Shown here: one piece after another, positions 1 to 10,132 of the stretch
Position numbering within the stretch: the stretch's first letter is position 1
Layout: each line of letters opens with the position of its first letter
From: Promethearchaeota archaeon
GTDB lineage: Archaea > Asgardarchaeota > Lokiarchaeia > Sigyniarchaeales > SOKP01
DNA length: 64,000 bases
Assembly: GCA_016840165.1 (NCBI GenBank)
Contig: JAEOSU010000070.1
Coordinates: 32,001 to 96,000 of the forward strand
Direction: 5' to 3'
Notes under the pieces: model-generated
What the model was told of the DNA's origin: nothing
Databases searched by the model: none
What the model saw: only the letters and a program-made list of their open reading frames with translations
Translations under genes and position numbers: made by a program

Positions 1-938
1 CTTACAACAAGAATATCTCCAACTTCAATTTCTTCGATGGGGATCTCTATTTCTTTTCCATCCTTTAGGAGTGTTGCAGTTTTTGGCTGGAGACCAATAA
101 GTTTCTTTAAAGCTTCAGAAGTTTGGCCTTTAGTCTTATGTTCAAAGTATTTTCCGATTAAGAGGAATGACAAAATCATAGACATTGCTTCGTAGAATGT
201 TTTTCCATCAATAAAAAACGTAGTTAAAATAGAATAAACTAAAGCAGTAGTTGTACCTAGGGCGACTAAGACATCCATATTTGTAGATTTGTTTCTTAAT
301 GATTTATATGCTCCGATAAGGAAGAAGGATCCCGCAACACCATAATTCCCAATAGCCAAGAAAAAGAGGAGTAAATTTCTAATAAAAGACTCAGCTACAA
401 ACCAACTAATTGGTGTAATAACAAGTGTAAATGCTAATGATATGAATAAGATTCGAAGTCGATAATTCATTTCTTTTTTATGCTTTTCAATTTCCTTATC
501 AATCGCACCAGCAGCTTTTTCAATGTCATATCCTAATTTTTTAATGTGTGTATAAACTTTGATCTCATCAATTTTTAATTCATTGAATTCGATAAATAAC
601 TTAGAAGCTGCGAAATTACCACGAACACTGTGTATCCCTTCAATAGACTTCACTTTTCCAACTAATGAATTAAAATTATCCTCGGTGAGTATGTCATTTA
701 CTTTAATATCTACTTTAGCTAGAGTAGATTTATATCCTAAATCTTTTATAGCCTTGTTAAACTCGTCATAGTTGGTTACATCCGAATTATATTCCACTGT
801 AGCCTCTTCATTTGCGAAATTTACCACTGAACTGGAGACTCCTGGCATATCCTTCAGTTTTGTCTCTATTTTTAGCGCACATGATGCACATGTCATGCCG
901 CCTAGCTTAATTTTTATTTTTTCTTCCGTTGATTCCAC
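1..938 (-). CDS. copA: Copper-translocating P1B-type ATPase, N-terminal part (runs off the left edge)
   Basis: Not in the ORF track; translated by hand from GTG at 938 (GGTGA 6 nt upstream). HMA motif GMTCASC, a second degenerate HMA-like domain, TM segments with NMDVLVALGT and LIGKYFE, then KGQTSEALKKLIGLQPKTA and EIPIEEIEVGDILVV. Confidence 0.93.
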   Translation of the reverse strand, partial: MESTEEKIKIKLGGMTCASCALKIETKLKDMPGVSSSVVNFANEEATVEYNSDVTNYDEFNKAIKDLGYKSTLAKVDIKVNDILTEDNFNSLVGKVKSIEGIHSVRGNFAASKLFIEFNELKIDEIKVYTHIKKLGYDIEKAAGAIDKEIEKHKKEMNYRLRILFISLAFTLVITPISWFVAESFIRNLLLFFLAIGNYGVAGSFFLIGAYKSLRNKSTNMDVLVALGTTTALVYSILTTFFIDGKTFYEAMSMILSFLLIGKYFEHKTKGQTSEALKKLIGLQPKTATLLKDGKEIEIPIEEIEVGDILVV

Positions 939-1099
939 ATATATTCACCTTTCATCAAATAATCCTATTATAGTAATAGAAAATGATGTAGAAATAGCTA
1001 CTGATTATAATTTGAAATGATCAAAAGTTTTTTTCGATTATAAGGTTTAAATTTTGATGCTATAATCTATAAATTATTAATGATTCTAAGGGATTCATT

Positions 1100-1486
1100 T
1101 TATTGAGGTTCTTTTTTTGAGTAATATTTTTCAATAGCATCGTGGAGAGCATCAGCTGCCAAATTGCTACAATGGAGTTTTTGGGGTGGTAACCCACCTA
1201 AAGAATTAGCAATATCGTCCCTAGTTATTGTTTTGGCCTCCTCTAAAGTTTTACCTTTAGCTAATTCTGTAATCATCGATGAGGTCGCAATTGCAGCTGC
1301 GCACCCGAATGTCTGGAACGATATATCGTTAATGATATCCTTTCCATTCCTTCTATCCACTTTAATATAGATAAACATGAGATCCCCGCAAATGGGGTTT
1401 CCATATTCGCCACATGCATCTGCATCCTTCATCTCTCCCATATTACGGGGGTTTTTGAAATGATCGAGCACTTTATCGGAGTACAT
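1100..1486 (-). CDS. iscU: Fe-S cluster scaffold IscU/NifU
   Basis: YSDKVLDHFKNPRNMG, NPICGD, FQTFGCAAAIA, LPPQKLHCSNLA (three conserved Cys). Confidence 0.96.
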   Translation of the reverse strand: MYSDKVLDHFKNPRNMGEMKDADACGEYGNPICGDLMFIYIKVDRRNGKDIINDISFQTFGCAAAIATSSMITELAKGKTLEEAKTITRDDIANSLGGLPPQKLHCSNLAADALHDAIEKYYSKKEPQ

Positions 1487-1503
1487 TATCTTTGTAATTT
1501 TAT

Positions 1504-3807
1504 CTAATTTAGAATTAATAATTTTCTCTTTTGAGGTAAAGATACTTTTTCTACGCCTAATTCCTTAACATATTCCACAACTTCAAATAAATTTTTAGCA
1601 GATTGGTGAAAGAAGCATACTTCTTTGGGTTCGAGATTTTCAATCATTTTAGTGAGCTGTTTCTTGTCAGAATGAAGTATGATTTTCAACTGAGGAACAA
1701 ATGTATTTATGAGTAATGCTCTAAAGGGCGCTTTCCATGTTTCTGAGAATTCAATTTCTTCAGCTCCAGAAACTAAAGATAGCCCTGGTTCTTCATGCAC
1801 CGATCCTGCAAGATAAACTAAATTATGTGGATTGCGACCAATAACATTAATGATGTTTCTAATTATTCCATAAGATATATCGGGCGGATGAGAGATGATA
1901 ATGTTATTCTTATTCCTTAAAAATTCTAAATCATCCACGCCAAACCATCGAAATTTGATACTGTTAAAGGGGTTGGCTTTATCACGAATGAGTTTAGAGA
2001 TTGGTCCATATATATATTTATAACGGGTATTTATGACTTGGATGTTTTTCTTTACCATCATATCAACGTAGATGTTAGGGCGTTTTTTAAAGTTTTTTCT
2101 TAATTGTAGCTTTCGGAAATATCTCCAGAAAATCAACATAAAAGTAATTGCTAAACTCGAGGGATCTGCACCAATGAGCACGTTATCTTCATACTCAGCT
2201 TTTTGCTCTAAAAATAATATTAAACTATGAAATGTTTCATTTATATCTCCGTAATCATCCATAGCACAAGTACCATCTATGAGTAAATAATCAATAGGTT
2301 TTGAGATCTGTCCCAGAAATCTTTTTGTTCCAGCAAAAGGAGTTATATCGTAGTAAGTATAATCTCCCGTATATAAAAAGCGAAAATCTTTGACTTTTGC
2401 CAAAATCATTAAAGCTCCAGGCATATGACCAGCATGATAGAAAGAAAGATAACATTCTTTCTCTTTAAAGTCAACTTTAGTACCATTTTCAACATATATT
2501 ACATTACTGACAATCTTTCGATATTCCTCCTCTTCGATTTCAGATTGGGATTCTTGTTTCAAAAAATTAGAATCACGTAGGAGATATAAATCCAAAGTAA
2601 TCCTAGAACAAAGAATAGGGATATCTGGATAATGTTTAATTAATTCCTTTAATCCGGAGATATGATCATAATGAGAATGCGATAAAAATATTGCATCAAT
2701 GCTTGGTTTCGATGTACTATAAGGATTAGCTATACTATCTGAACCATATTTATTAGAAGCTTCTGCATCTTCATGTGATGAATTTTTTAATTCCTCCTCA
2801 AGAAGTTGAGGTAAATCGTCTAAATATTCTGTAATATAGTGGAAATCTCCTTCTTCTTCTGTTTCTTCATTAGGGGGAGTAAAACCACAATCAATTAGGA
2901 TATTTAATTTTCCCAATCCTAAAATATGGGCATTATGATTTGGTTTAAGAATAATTGGATAGATTGTTACCCTAATATCATTTTTATTCGTCTCGTCTGA
3001 AATTAAAGAGATATTTTGAAAATAAGTCTCATCCCATCGTTTTTCAATTTTATCAATAGCTAGTGAGATATCACTTTCTCCAACTGCTACTCCTGTGATA
3101 TAAAAATACCAACCATACTTTTTTACCAGTGATTCTAAATGCTCATACATTATGTCAGCATTTAAAGATTTGATGACAATGACTCTTTCTTTCTCATAAT
3201 AAATAATTTTCCTTATGGATTTCTTTTCTTTCTCTGGAATCAAAGTATTGTTATAAAAAATGTCTTTTATGACCTTTTCAAAATCAGTTTGCGTTATATT
3301 TTGTGATTTCATCAATTTAAAGTATTGGAAATACTCTCTTGTATGATATAGTGAACGCATATTCCTTTTTTGTTTGATGATAATCGAAAGCTCATCATAC
3401 TCAAACAAATCTTTAGATATTGTAACTTCTTCTCCTTTTTTTTCTTTCTTTTGTTCTTTCTTTTTTTCGCTTTTCTTAGTTTTATCAGTTTCAGAGACAA
3501 AAAAAAACCAACCATACTCTTTAACCAATTTCTCTCTGTTCCAGATTATTTGTTTACCAGATTTAGTGACCATGATTATAATTCTATCTTCTGGATTGTA
3601 AATGATCTTTGATATAGAAGCTTTAGTTTTTTCAGAAATTATATTGCTTGATAAAAAAAAGTGTTTTAAAACTTCGTGCACATCTTTTTGAGGAATTTCC
3701 TCCTTAATCATATATTCTAAATGCCTTTTATATGACTTGATTTTAAATTGTGAAGTTAACTTTTTCTTTTCAATAAGTGGTATTTTTTTAAATTCCTCAA
3801 TGTGCAT
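1504..3807 (-). CDS. Beta-CASP metallo-beta-lactamase ribonuclease, divergent aCPSF1-like, with two degenerate KH-like N-terminal repeats
   Basis: IDCG, HSHYDH, AGHMPG, YTGDY, DGT, LHSD and FFHQ motifs; duplicated N-terminal unit ending LVK(E/K)YGW(F/Y)F(F/Y). Confidence 0.8.
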   Translation of the reverse strand: MHIEEFKKIPLIEKKKLTSQFKIKSYKRHLEYMIKEEIPQKDVHEVLKHFFLSSNIISEKTKASISKIIYNPEDRIIIMVTKSGKQIIWNREKLVKEYGWFFFVSETDKTKKSEKKKEQKKEKKGEEVTISKDLFEYDELSIIIKQKRNMRSLYHTREYFQYFKLMKSQNITQTDFEKVIKDIFYNNTLIPEKEKKSIRKIIYYEKERVIVIKSLNADIMYEHLESLVKKYGWYFYITGVAVGESDISLAIDKIEKRWDETYFQNISLISDETNKNDIRVTIYPIILKPNHNAHILGLGKLNILIDCGFTPPNEETEEEGDFHYITEYLDDLPQLLEEELKNSSHEDAEASNKYGSDSIANPYSTSKPSIDAIFLSHSHYDHISGLKELIKHYPDIPILCSRITLDLYLLRDSNFLKQESQSEIEEEEYRKIVSNVIYVENGTKVDFKEKECYLSFYHAGHMPGALMILAKVKDFRFLYTGDYTYYDITPFAGTKRFLGQISKPIDYLLIDGTCAMDDYGDINETFHSLILFLEQKAEYEDNVLIGADPSSLAITFMLIFWRYFRKLQLRKNFKKRPNIYVDMMVKKNIQVINTRYKYIYGPISKLIRDKANPFNSIKFRWFGVDDLEFLRNKNNIIISHPPDISYGIIRNIINVIGRNPHNLVYLAGSVHEEPGLSLVSGAEEIEFSETWKAPFRALLINTFVPQLKIILHSDKKQLTKMIENLEPKEVCFFHQSAKNLFEVVEYVKELGVEKVSLPQKRKLLILN

Positions 3808-3927
3808 TAATTTATGATATACACAAAATAAAATAATGGTTTCGATTTAGTAGAAAGTGTTGTAATTTAATCTTCGAATGAGTGATTAGAAAAAGTAATA
3901 AAAAAATCTAGATGATGAATTTAAATT

Positions 3928-4506
3928 TTATACTTTCTTTCTCTTGTATAATTGCCAATGAAGCCTTTCTTTTGGAGGAAAATTACCTCCTTTAACAGAA
4001 CTCACTTGTTCTATTGAGATAAAGGCTTTGGGATTTATTACTCTAATGATACTCAATACTTTAGGGAGATTTTTTCTCTTAATTACAAGCAAAACTAATC
4101 TAACAATACCTTTTGTACCCTCTGCGGTCATTGTCGTCAATCCATAACCCTTTTCTTTTAACGCTTTAATTAACTCATCCGGATTTTCTTTAACAATTAA
4201 TTGAAGGTTTAATAATCCAATGGAAATTTTTTGCTCAATAATCAAACCTACATAATTTCCCATAGCAAATCCTCCTGCATATGCAAAATAATAAATGAAA
4301 TTAGTTAAATCACTGAAGATTTGACCGATAGCAAGTAGCCAAATCATAATTTCGAAAAAACCCACTAAAGGAGCTAGCTTTTTCTTGCCTTGTGATATAA
4401 AAACAATGCGAAGCGTACCTAAAGATACATCCCCTACTCGAGCAATAAAAATTAGTATTGGCAGAATTACCAACGAGAATATGAAATTTTCATACAAATT
4501 TATCAT
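3928..4506 (-). CDS. DUF2179/UPF0316-type membrane protein
   Basis: ARVGDVSLGTLR, GFFEIMIW, AYAGGFAMGNYVG, GYGLTTMTAEG and INPKAFI, all typical of this family. Confidence 0.85.
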   Translation of the reverse strand: MINLYENFIFSLVILPILIFIARVGDVSLGTLRIVFISQGKKKLAPLVGFFEIMIWLLAIGQIFSDLTNFIYYFAYAGGFAMGNYVGLIIEQKISIGLLNLQLIVKENPDELIKALKEKGYGLTTMTAEGTKGIVRLVLLVIKRKNLPKVLSIIRVINPKAFISIEQVSSVKGGNFPPKERLHWQLYKRKKV

Positions 4507-4618
4507 AGGAACTTACACCTTAAATTATAAAATATTTTTATTGAAAATCGATTCCATATTCTTTTCCCTATTTATTAGGTTCTCATTTATAAAATATTGA
4601 TTCTATATTAAATATATT

Positions 4619-5251
4619 TTATTTTTCATGTGCTTTTTCTATCTCATCTTTTAAATTTACGAGCTCAATTTTAATCTTATCTGTTTCATCTTTTAATTTA
4701 CGCCATTCTTGTTCAATTATGTTACAATCTTTTGTCAACTTTTCTTTATCTAAGTCATTGCAAGCGTTCTCCAATTTTTCTCTTGTTAAATCTAATTCTT
4801 CTCGTTTTTGATTTAACATTGATTCTAAAGCCTTTAAACCCTCTTCTTTAATTAAGATTTCTTTTAAAATCAATTCATTTTTGTCCATATCGATTAGTTC
4901 CTCAATTCTAGTGAGATAACGTTTGATGGGAGTCAGATTAATTTCTTTTGAATCTTCATTCTTAAAAAATAAACCAATATTACTGTCTTCCCCTAATTTC
5001 ACTAAAATAATTGTCACTTCTTCCATTTCAACTATGAGTTTTTTATAATCTTCTGGTTTAAACAGACAGATATCATTGATTTTTCGAGCATTATGTAAAA
5101 TTTTTGCTAATGTTTCTCCCAATTTAGGGATATTAGTTTCTTGTTCAAATGTGGACTGAAAAATCATACCATTATTATAAAACATAATGATATGAACCAC
5201 TTCTGGTAATGCGGCTTTAATCCGAACAATATTTTTAAATACTATATTCAA
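4619..5251 (-). CDS. Roadblock/LC7-like domain with C-terminal coiled coil
   Basis: Helix, two strands (HIIMFYNNGMIFQST), helix, three strands (KLIVEMEEVTIILVKLGEDSNIGLFF), then about 90 aa of E/K/L heptads; directly abuts the upstream permease stop. Confidence 0.68.
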   Translation of the reverse strand: MNIVFKNIVRIKAALPEVVHIIMFYNNGMIFQSTFEQETNIPKLGETLAKILHNARKINDICLFKPEDYKKLIVEMEEVTIILVKLGEDSNIGLFFKNEDSKEINLTPIKRYLTRIEELIDMDKNELILKEILIKEEGLKALESMLNQKREELDLTREKLENACNDLDKEKLTKDCNIIEQEWRKLKDETDKIKIELVNLKDEIEKAHEK

Positions 5252-6703
5252 TCACCCATAGAAAGTAGCTCTAATTCTACTTATTATATAATCGATTATT
5301 TTATTAACTTTTTTGATACCAGATTTTTTAAGGAGAAAGAAGATAATGATTATTAAAAGGATCACTAAGATAATTAATATTCCAATAGAGAAATTGAAAA
5401 TAAGCGTATAATAAATGGAAACTATTATTAGCTGATAGGTTGTAGTAAAGAATCCAATTTTAAAAAATTGCTTAAAACTGATTGGTCTTTTGTTTGCTTC
5501 AGCTATTTGAACAACTAGTATATTATCTCCTAAGGGAGTAAGATTATCACCCCAATTAGCTCCTATTGCTAAGCTGTAGTAAAATTGGTCACCATTAGTT
5601 GGAGGAAATTTACTTGAAATGGTTCCTATGACCGGAATTAAAACTTTGGTTATAGGAATATTATCTATTGTACTACTTAAAAATGCAGAAATCCATAGAA
5701 TGATAAGTACTTGAAAATAGAGATCTCCACCAGAAAGGTTAGCCATCATATCTCCAAGAAGTTGCACCACTCCGAGGAGTTCAAGACCACCTGCAATAAC
5801 GAAGATCCCTAAGAGATATAAAATCAATTCTAAATCTATTTTAGAGATTATCTCTTTTACTTCAATTCTACTAATCAATATTAGGATGAGGGCAATAATT
5901 AATGCTATTATATCAGTTGTTAACAATGATGTTGGAATGATAATAAACATGATAAATAAAATGATCAATGAAAATATTGATTTTAGTAATAAAGTCTTAT
6001 TTGGGACGAAATTCCACACATTAAATTCTCTCAGAACCTTGATTCCTTCTTGAGGAATTTCTAATGCCTTTTTAAACACAAAAATAAAGAGTAATAGTGT
6101 AAAAGCAAATATCACCAATGAAATGGTCCCAACATTCAGAAAGAAATCTATAAATTGAATTTCAGCATAATTACTTATCAATATGTTTGGTATAGAGGAT
6201 ATAGTAAAAAGTGTACCTCCAATATTTACTAAAATCGCTTGAGTGAGAATATATGGAGAAGGGTTTACATTTAAAATGCGAGATACCGTGATTGTAAGAG
6301 GTATTAGAATTATAACTGTTAAAATGTTATTCAACACCGCTGATATTAGAATAGTAATAAAGCAGAAAATAGACATTAGATAAAGAGGTTTTCCTTTTGA
6401 TAGCTTAATCAAATTTAAAGCAAAAAATTGAAAAAGCCCTGCTTCATTTGAAATTTGTACGATAAACATCATAGCGATTATTAGAATAAGCGAATGTAAG
6501 TTTACAAAACCTTCACTTTCAGATCCAAATAAAAGTTCAATGATTACTTTAAAATCCATACCCTCTAAAAATGTTAGCGTTAGGTATACGATTATGGCTC
6601 CTATTAATGCAGCTACTGCTCGATTCAATTTTTCAGTAACAATAAGAAGGATTACTCCAATAAAACATCCTAAAACGATTATGACACTAAGTATCATTAC
6701 CAA
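5252..6703 (-). CDS. ArsB/NhaD (IT superfamily; P-protein/OCA2-like) permease
   Basis: About 12 TM helices; SAVLNNILT, NIGGTLFTISSIPNI, STIDNIP, ANWGDNLTPLG. The true start may be the ATG at 6697. Confidence 0.85.
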   Translation of the reverse strand: MVMILSVIIVLGCFIGVILLIVTEKLNRAVAALIGAIIVYLTLTFLEGMDFKVIIELLFGSESEGFVNLHSLILIIAMMFIVQISNEAGLFQFFALNLIKLSKGKPLYLMSIFCFITILISAVLNNILTVIILIPLTITVSRILNVNPSPYILTQAILVNIGGTLFTISSIPNILISNYAEIQFIDFFLNVGTISLVIFAFTLLLFIFVFKKALEIPQEGIKVLREFNVWNFVPNKTLLLKSIFSLIILFIMFIIIPTSLLTTDIIALIIALILILISRIEVKEIISKIDLELILYLLGIFVIAGGLELLGVVQLLGDMMANLSGGDLYFQVLIILWISAFLSSTIDNIPITKVLIPVIGTISSKFPPTNGDQFYYSLAIGANWGDNLTPLGDNILVVQIAEANKRPISFKQFFKIGFFTTTYQLIIVSIYYTLIFNFSIGILIILVILLIIIIFFLLKKSGIKKVNKIIDYIISRIRATFYG

Positions 6704-6796
6704 TTCATCATTTAATTTTTTCTATGAGACTATCATAAAGTTCTGTAAAATAAAAACCTATTTTTTATTTAAAAATAAAAGAAGGCAAATATTAAT

Positions 6797-7462
6797 TTAA
6801 AACAATTTTGATAATTTCACAAGATCAATGGGTCCTTTAATATTGATTAAACTGACTAAATTTTTATCTATGGGTTGTATTTTCTCTTCTACAGAAACAT
6901 AATTGATGTTCCAACTTTTATCGATTAAATTCATTAATCCATAATTTTCATTCGTCAAAATTTCTTTTGCCTTTTGTAATCCTTTTTTAACAGGATAGAT
7001 AGATAAATATGGTTCTAAAAATCCATTTTTCCAGCGTGGAATAACGCATTCATAGCCCTCCGCTTGGTCAATCATAAGCGTAATAACTTCAGGCCTAATT
7101 AAAGGTATATCACAAGAGAAGAGAAAGGCTTTTTTAAAGTTCGCTCTCGATAACTCTTGAAATCCTGAAAAAATTCCAAGCATAGGTTTATATATATTCG
7201 GATGTTGAAATAAACTGCGGTCATCGACAATAAATGTGACCGCTTTAGGAAATTCGATTTCTTTTCTATATTGAAAGATTTGTTCTTCTGAATGGGCAAC
7301 CAGAAAAATATCTTGATCAAATTTTGCTAATGTCTCTATTTGATGTAAAATTAAAGGTTTCCCTAACAATTCTACTATTGCTTTCTCTGTTCCAAAACGA
7401 GTGCTTTTACCTCCAACTAATATTAAAATAGCTAAATCCTTTGAGTTATTTTCGTCAGCCAT
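6797..7462 (-). CDS. mobA: Molybdenum cofactor guanylyltransferase
   Basis: ILVGGKSTRFGTEKA, FSCDIP, LEPY, LININ-like terminal motif (LINIKGPIDL). Confidence 0.88.
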   Translation of the reverse strand: MADENNSKDLAILILVGGKSTRFGTEKAIVELLGKPLILHQIETLAKFDQDIFLVAHSEEQIFQYRKEIEFPKAVTFIVDDRSLFQHPNIYKPMLGIFSGFQELSRANFKKAFLFSCDIPLIRPEVITLMIDQAEGYECVIPRWKNGFLEPYLSIYPVKKGLQKAKEILTNENYGLMNLIDKSWNINYVSVEEKIQPIDKNLVSLINIKGPIDLVKLSKLF

Positions 7463-7596
7463 AACATTAAATATAAATAATTCGAATATATTTGTTTTGA
7501 ATAAAGAAGAAGCGTTTGAAAAAATTTTTTCTTAATTTACTCTTAGGATATATGAATCAAAGAGGGAATATTTGATAGACTTATAACATAATATTG

Positions 7597-7782
7597 TTAA
7601 TAATCATCATCTATATCGTCGTCATCGTCAATATCTTCATCCCAATCCTCGTCCTCATCCTCGTAATCATCATCGAAATCACCATCATTATCTTCATCCC
7701 AATCCTCGTCATCATCGATATCTTCATCCCAATCTTCATCGTCTTCATCTTTCTCCATATCAAGATCATATTCTAGCTCCAT
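7597..7782 (-). CDS. 61-aa hyper-acidic low-complexity peptide with three EDWDED motifs
   Basis: ATG at 7782 with GGAGA 7 nt upstream. MELEYDLDMEKDEDDEDWDEDIDDDEDWDEDNDGDFDDDYEDEDEDWDEDIDDDDDIDDDY has 44 of 61 residues D/E. Synonymous GAT/GAC and GAA/GAG variation points to coding constraint rather than a microsatellite. Confidence 0.7.
   Translation of the reverse strand: MELEYDLDMEKDEDDEDWDEDIDDDEDWDEDNDGDFDDDYEDEDEDWDEDIDDDDDIDDDY
7630..7745. repeat. Three imperfect copies of ATCTTCATCCCAATC(C/T)TC (EDWDED codons)
   Basis: Copies begin near 7633, 7690 and 7720. Confidence 0.8.
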
Positions 7783-8163
7783 ATCTTTCTCTCCTTTTTT
7801 TTTTATTCTTTTAGTATTATTAAAGTTATTATAATCAATTACAATAAAAATCAATATCAATATTTAAATATTTCTATATAAACTAGCGATTTTTAAAGTG
7901 TATTCCCTATTGTAGACTTACAAAAACTTTAAATAGAATTATAGGTATAATATTGTTTAATAAATCTAATAAAATTAAATAGATTTGTTATCAAAAAATA
8001 AAGCCAAAAAAGGAAAATAGAAAAAACTGTTGATGAGAGAGATACTTTACATAATTTTATTAATTTTTAGGCAAAGATTGTCTTATTCTATTGACATTTT
8101 TGTAAATCTGATTTTTTAAAAGTTTATGTATTTAAAATTACAAATTTAAATTAGCAAGAATAG

Positions 8164-10101
8164 ATGACAGAAAAACTAAATATTAATACATTGGGGAAAA
8201 AAAATCCTATTCGTAATCTGAATAACAAACCCATTTGTTTAGGTCCTATCGCAGATTTAGAGGAATATGTGAAAAAAGATTGGTGGAAAAAGATCTTTAA
8301 TGCATATTACTTAAAGACTGACGGGGATGTGGTTGAGGATCAATTAATTACAGAGCATGAAATTAGAATCTTTTCAGATATACTGAAATTGAAACCAGAA
8401 GAGCATATTTTAGATCTATGCTGCGGTCAAGGGCGACATAGTATTGAATTAGCAAGAAAAAGTTTTGAAAATGTTGAGGGTTTAGATAGATCCCATTATT
8501 TAATTCAGAAAGCGCGTGTTAATGCCAAAAAGAATGGTTTAATTTGCAAATTTCGTGAGGGGGATGCAAGAAAACTTCCTTATATCACTGATAATTTTGA
8601 TACTATCATGATCTTAGGTAATAGTTTTGGTTATTTTGAATCAATTAATGATGATTTTCGTGTATTAAAAGAGTCATTTCGAGTACTTAAACCATGGGGA
8701 AGAATTCTAATCGATATTACTGATGGAACTTATCTACGGAATAATTTCCAACAGCGTTCTTGGGAATGGATAGATAAGAATTTTTTTGTTTGTCGAGAAC
8801 GTTCCTTGTCTATGGATAAGCAACGATTGATCTCACGAGAGGTAATTACCCATGTAAATAAAGGAGTACTTGTCGATCAATTCTATGCTGAAAGATTATA
8901 TTCAATTGAAGAGATTACTGAAATTTTAGAAAAAGCAGGATTTAGCGAGATAACTTTTCACGGTAATTTATCACCCAATTCGCAGAAAGATCAAGATTTA
9001 GGGATGATGGAACAAAGAATTATTGTATCTGCTGTTGTTAAGAAAGAATGGACTCAAAAAGCTAAGAGATTACGAGCAGTTGATAAAAATATAATAGTTC
9101 TACTTGGAGATCCCCATAAACCTGATATTTTAAAGCCTTCTACTATTTTTGATGATGATGACTTTTACACTATTACACAATTAAAAGCAGCCCTTCAAGA
9201 GTTGAAAGGATATAATTTTATTTATATTGACAATCATGACATATTGATACAGGAATTGACCAAATTAAAAGGAAAAGTGGATTATGTATTTAATTTATGC
9301 GATGAGGGTTACTTTAATGACGCTTGTAAAGAACTACATATTCCTGCAATATTAGATATCTTGAAATATCAATATACGGGTTCTGGTCCTCAATGTTTAG
9401 CATTCTGTTATGATAAGTCTTTAGTTCGAGGCGTTGCAAAAGATTTAAACGTTCCCGTTCCTGAAGCGATTGTTTTGAAGCCAACTGATAAAATTATTGA
9501 TCTACCCTTATATTTTCCTGCAATTGTAAAGCCAAATTATGGTGATAGCTCCTATGGTATTACACAAGCCAATGTAGTGTCGAATGGGGAAGAATTACTA
9601 AATGCTGTACGTGATATCAGAGACAGGTTTGGTTATAACAATTCCATTCTAATAGAACAGTATTTAACAGGTAAAGATTTAACCATCGGAATCATTGGCA
9701 ACCCACCGTACGAGTATGTTGTTCTGCCAATACTGGAAGAAGATTATTCCTCATTACCTTCGGGATTACCTAAAATTTGCGGGTATGAGGCAAAATGGCT
9801 TCCTGATTCACCTTATTGGAACCTAAAGTCTATTCAAGCAGAACTTAAGCCAGAAGTTGTAGAAATTATTGAATCATGCTCCTTAAGACTTTTTGAACGA
9901 CTGGAATGCAAGGATTATGCCCGATTTGACTGGAGACTAGATTCTGAGGGAAATCCGAAGCTACTTGAAGTTAATCCCAATCCTGGTTGGTGTTGGGATG
10001 GGCATCTCGCAAAGATGGCAAAATATGCCGGAATGTCATATAAGGATATGCTTCAAAATATTCTTGAGGCAGCCGAGAAAAGATATGGAATAGAGAAATA
10101 G
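8164..10101 (+). CDS. Class I SAM methyltransferase fused to a D-Ala-D-Ala-ligase-like ATP-grasp domain
   Basis: N-half ILDLCCGQGRH, GLD, EGDAR, GNSFGYF, LKPWG; C-half VFNLCDEG, YTGSG, FPAIVKP..GDSSYGI, IEQYLTG, YARFDWR, LEVNPNPG. Confidence 0.9.
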   Translation: MTEKLNINTLGKKNPIRNLNNKPICLGPIADLEEYVKKDWWKKIFNAYYLKTDGDVVEDQLITEHEIRIFSDILKLKPEEHILDLCCGQGRHSIELARKSFENVEGLDRSHYLIQKARVNAKKNGLICKFREGDARKLPYITDNFDTIMILGNSFGYFESINDDFRVLKESFRVLKPWGRILIDITDGTYLRNNFQQRSWEWIDKNFFVCRERSLSMDKQRLISREVITHVNKGVLVDQFYAERLYSIEEITEILEKAGFSEITFHGNLSPNSQKDQDLGMMEQRIIVSAVVKKEWTQKAKRLRAVDKNIIVLLGDPHKPDILKPSTIFDDDDFYTITQLKAALQELKGYNFIYIDNHDILIQELTKLKGKVDYVFNLCDEGYFNDACKELHIPAILDILKYQYTGSGPQCLAFCYDKSLVRGVAKDLNVPVPEAIVLKPTDKIIDLPLYFPAIVKPNYGDSSYGITQANVVSNGEELLNAVRDIRDRFGYNNSILIEQYLTGKDLTIGIIGNPPYEYVVLPILEEDYSSLPSGLPKICGYEAKWLPDSPYWNLKSIQAELKPEVVEIIESCSLRLFERLECKDYARFDWRLDSEGNPKLLEVNPNPGWCWDGHLAKMAKYAGMSYKDMLQNILEAAEKRYGIEK

Positions 10102-10132
10102 TTTAATTTAATCATGTTTTTTATATGGTTAT

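Noticed and set aside
559-1020. Plus-strand ORFs 559..771 and 772..1020
   Set aside because: Antisense shadows of copA. The same applies to the other short ORFs lying opposite or inside long genes (e.g. 10825..11361, 29857..30249, 38725..39798).
7594-7776. Very hydrophobic Ile/Val-rich 60-aa plus-strand ORF
   Set aside because: Reverse complement of the GAT/GAC codons of the acidic peptide; the RBS supports the minus strand.
8029-8111. Possible C/D box sRNA (TGATGA...CTGA)
   Set aside because: No internal D'/C' boxes or recognisable rRNA/tRNA guide; such motifs arise by chance in AT-rich DNA.
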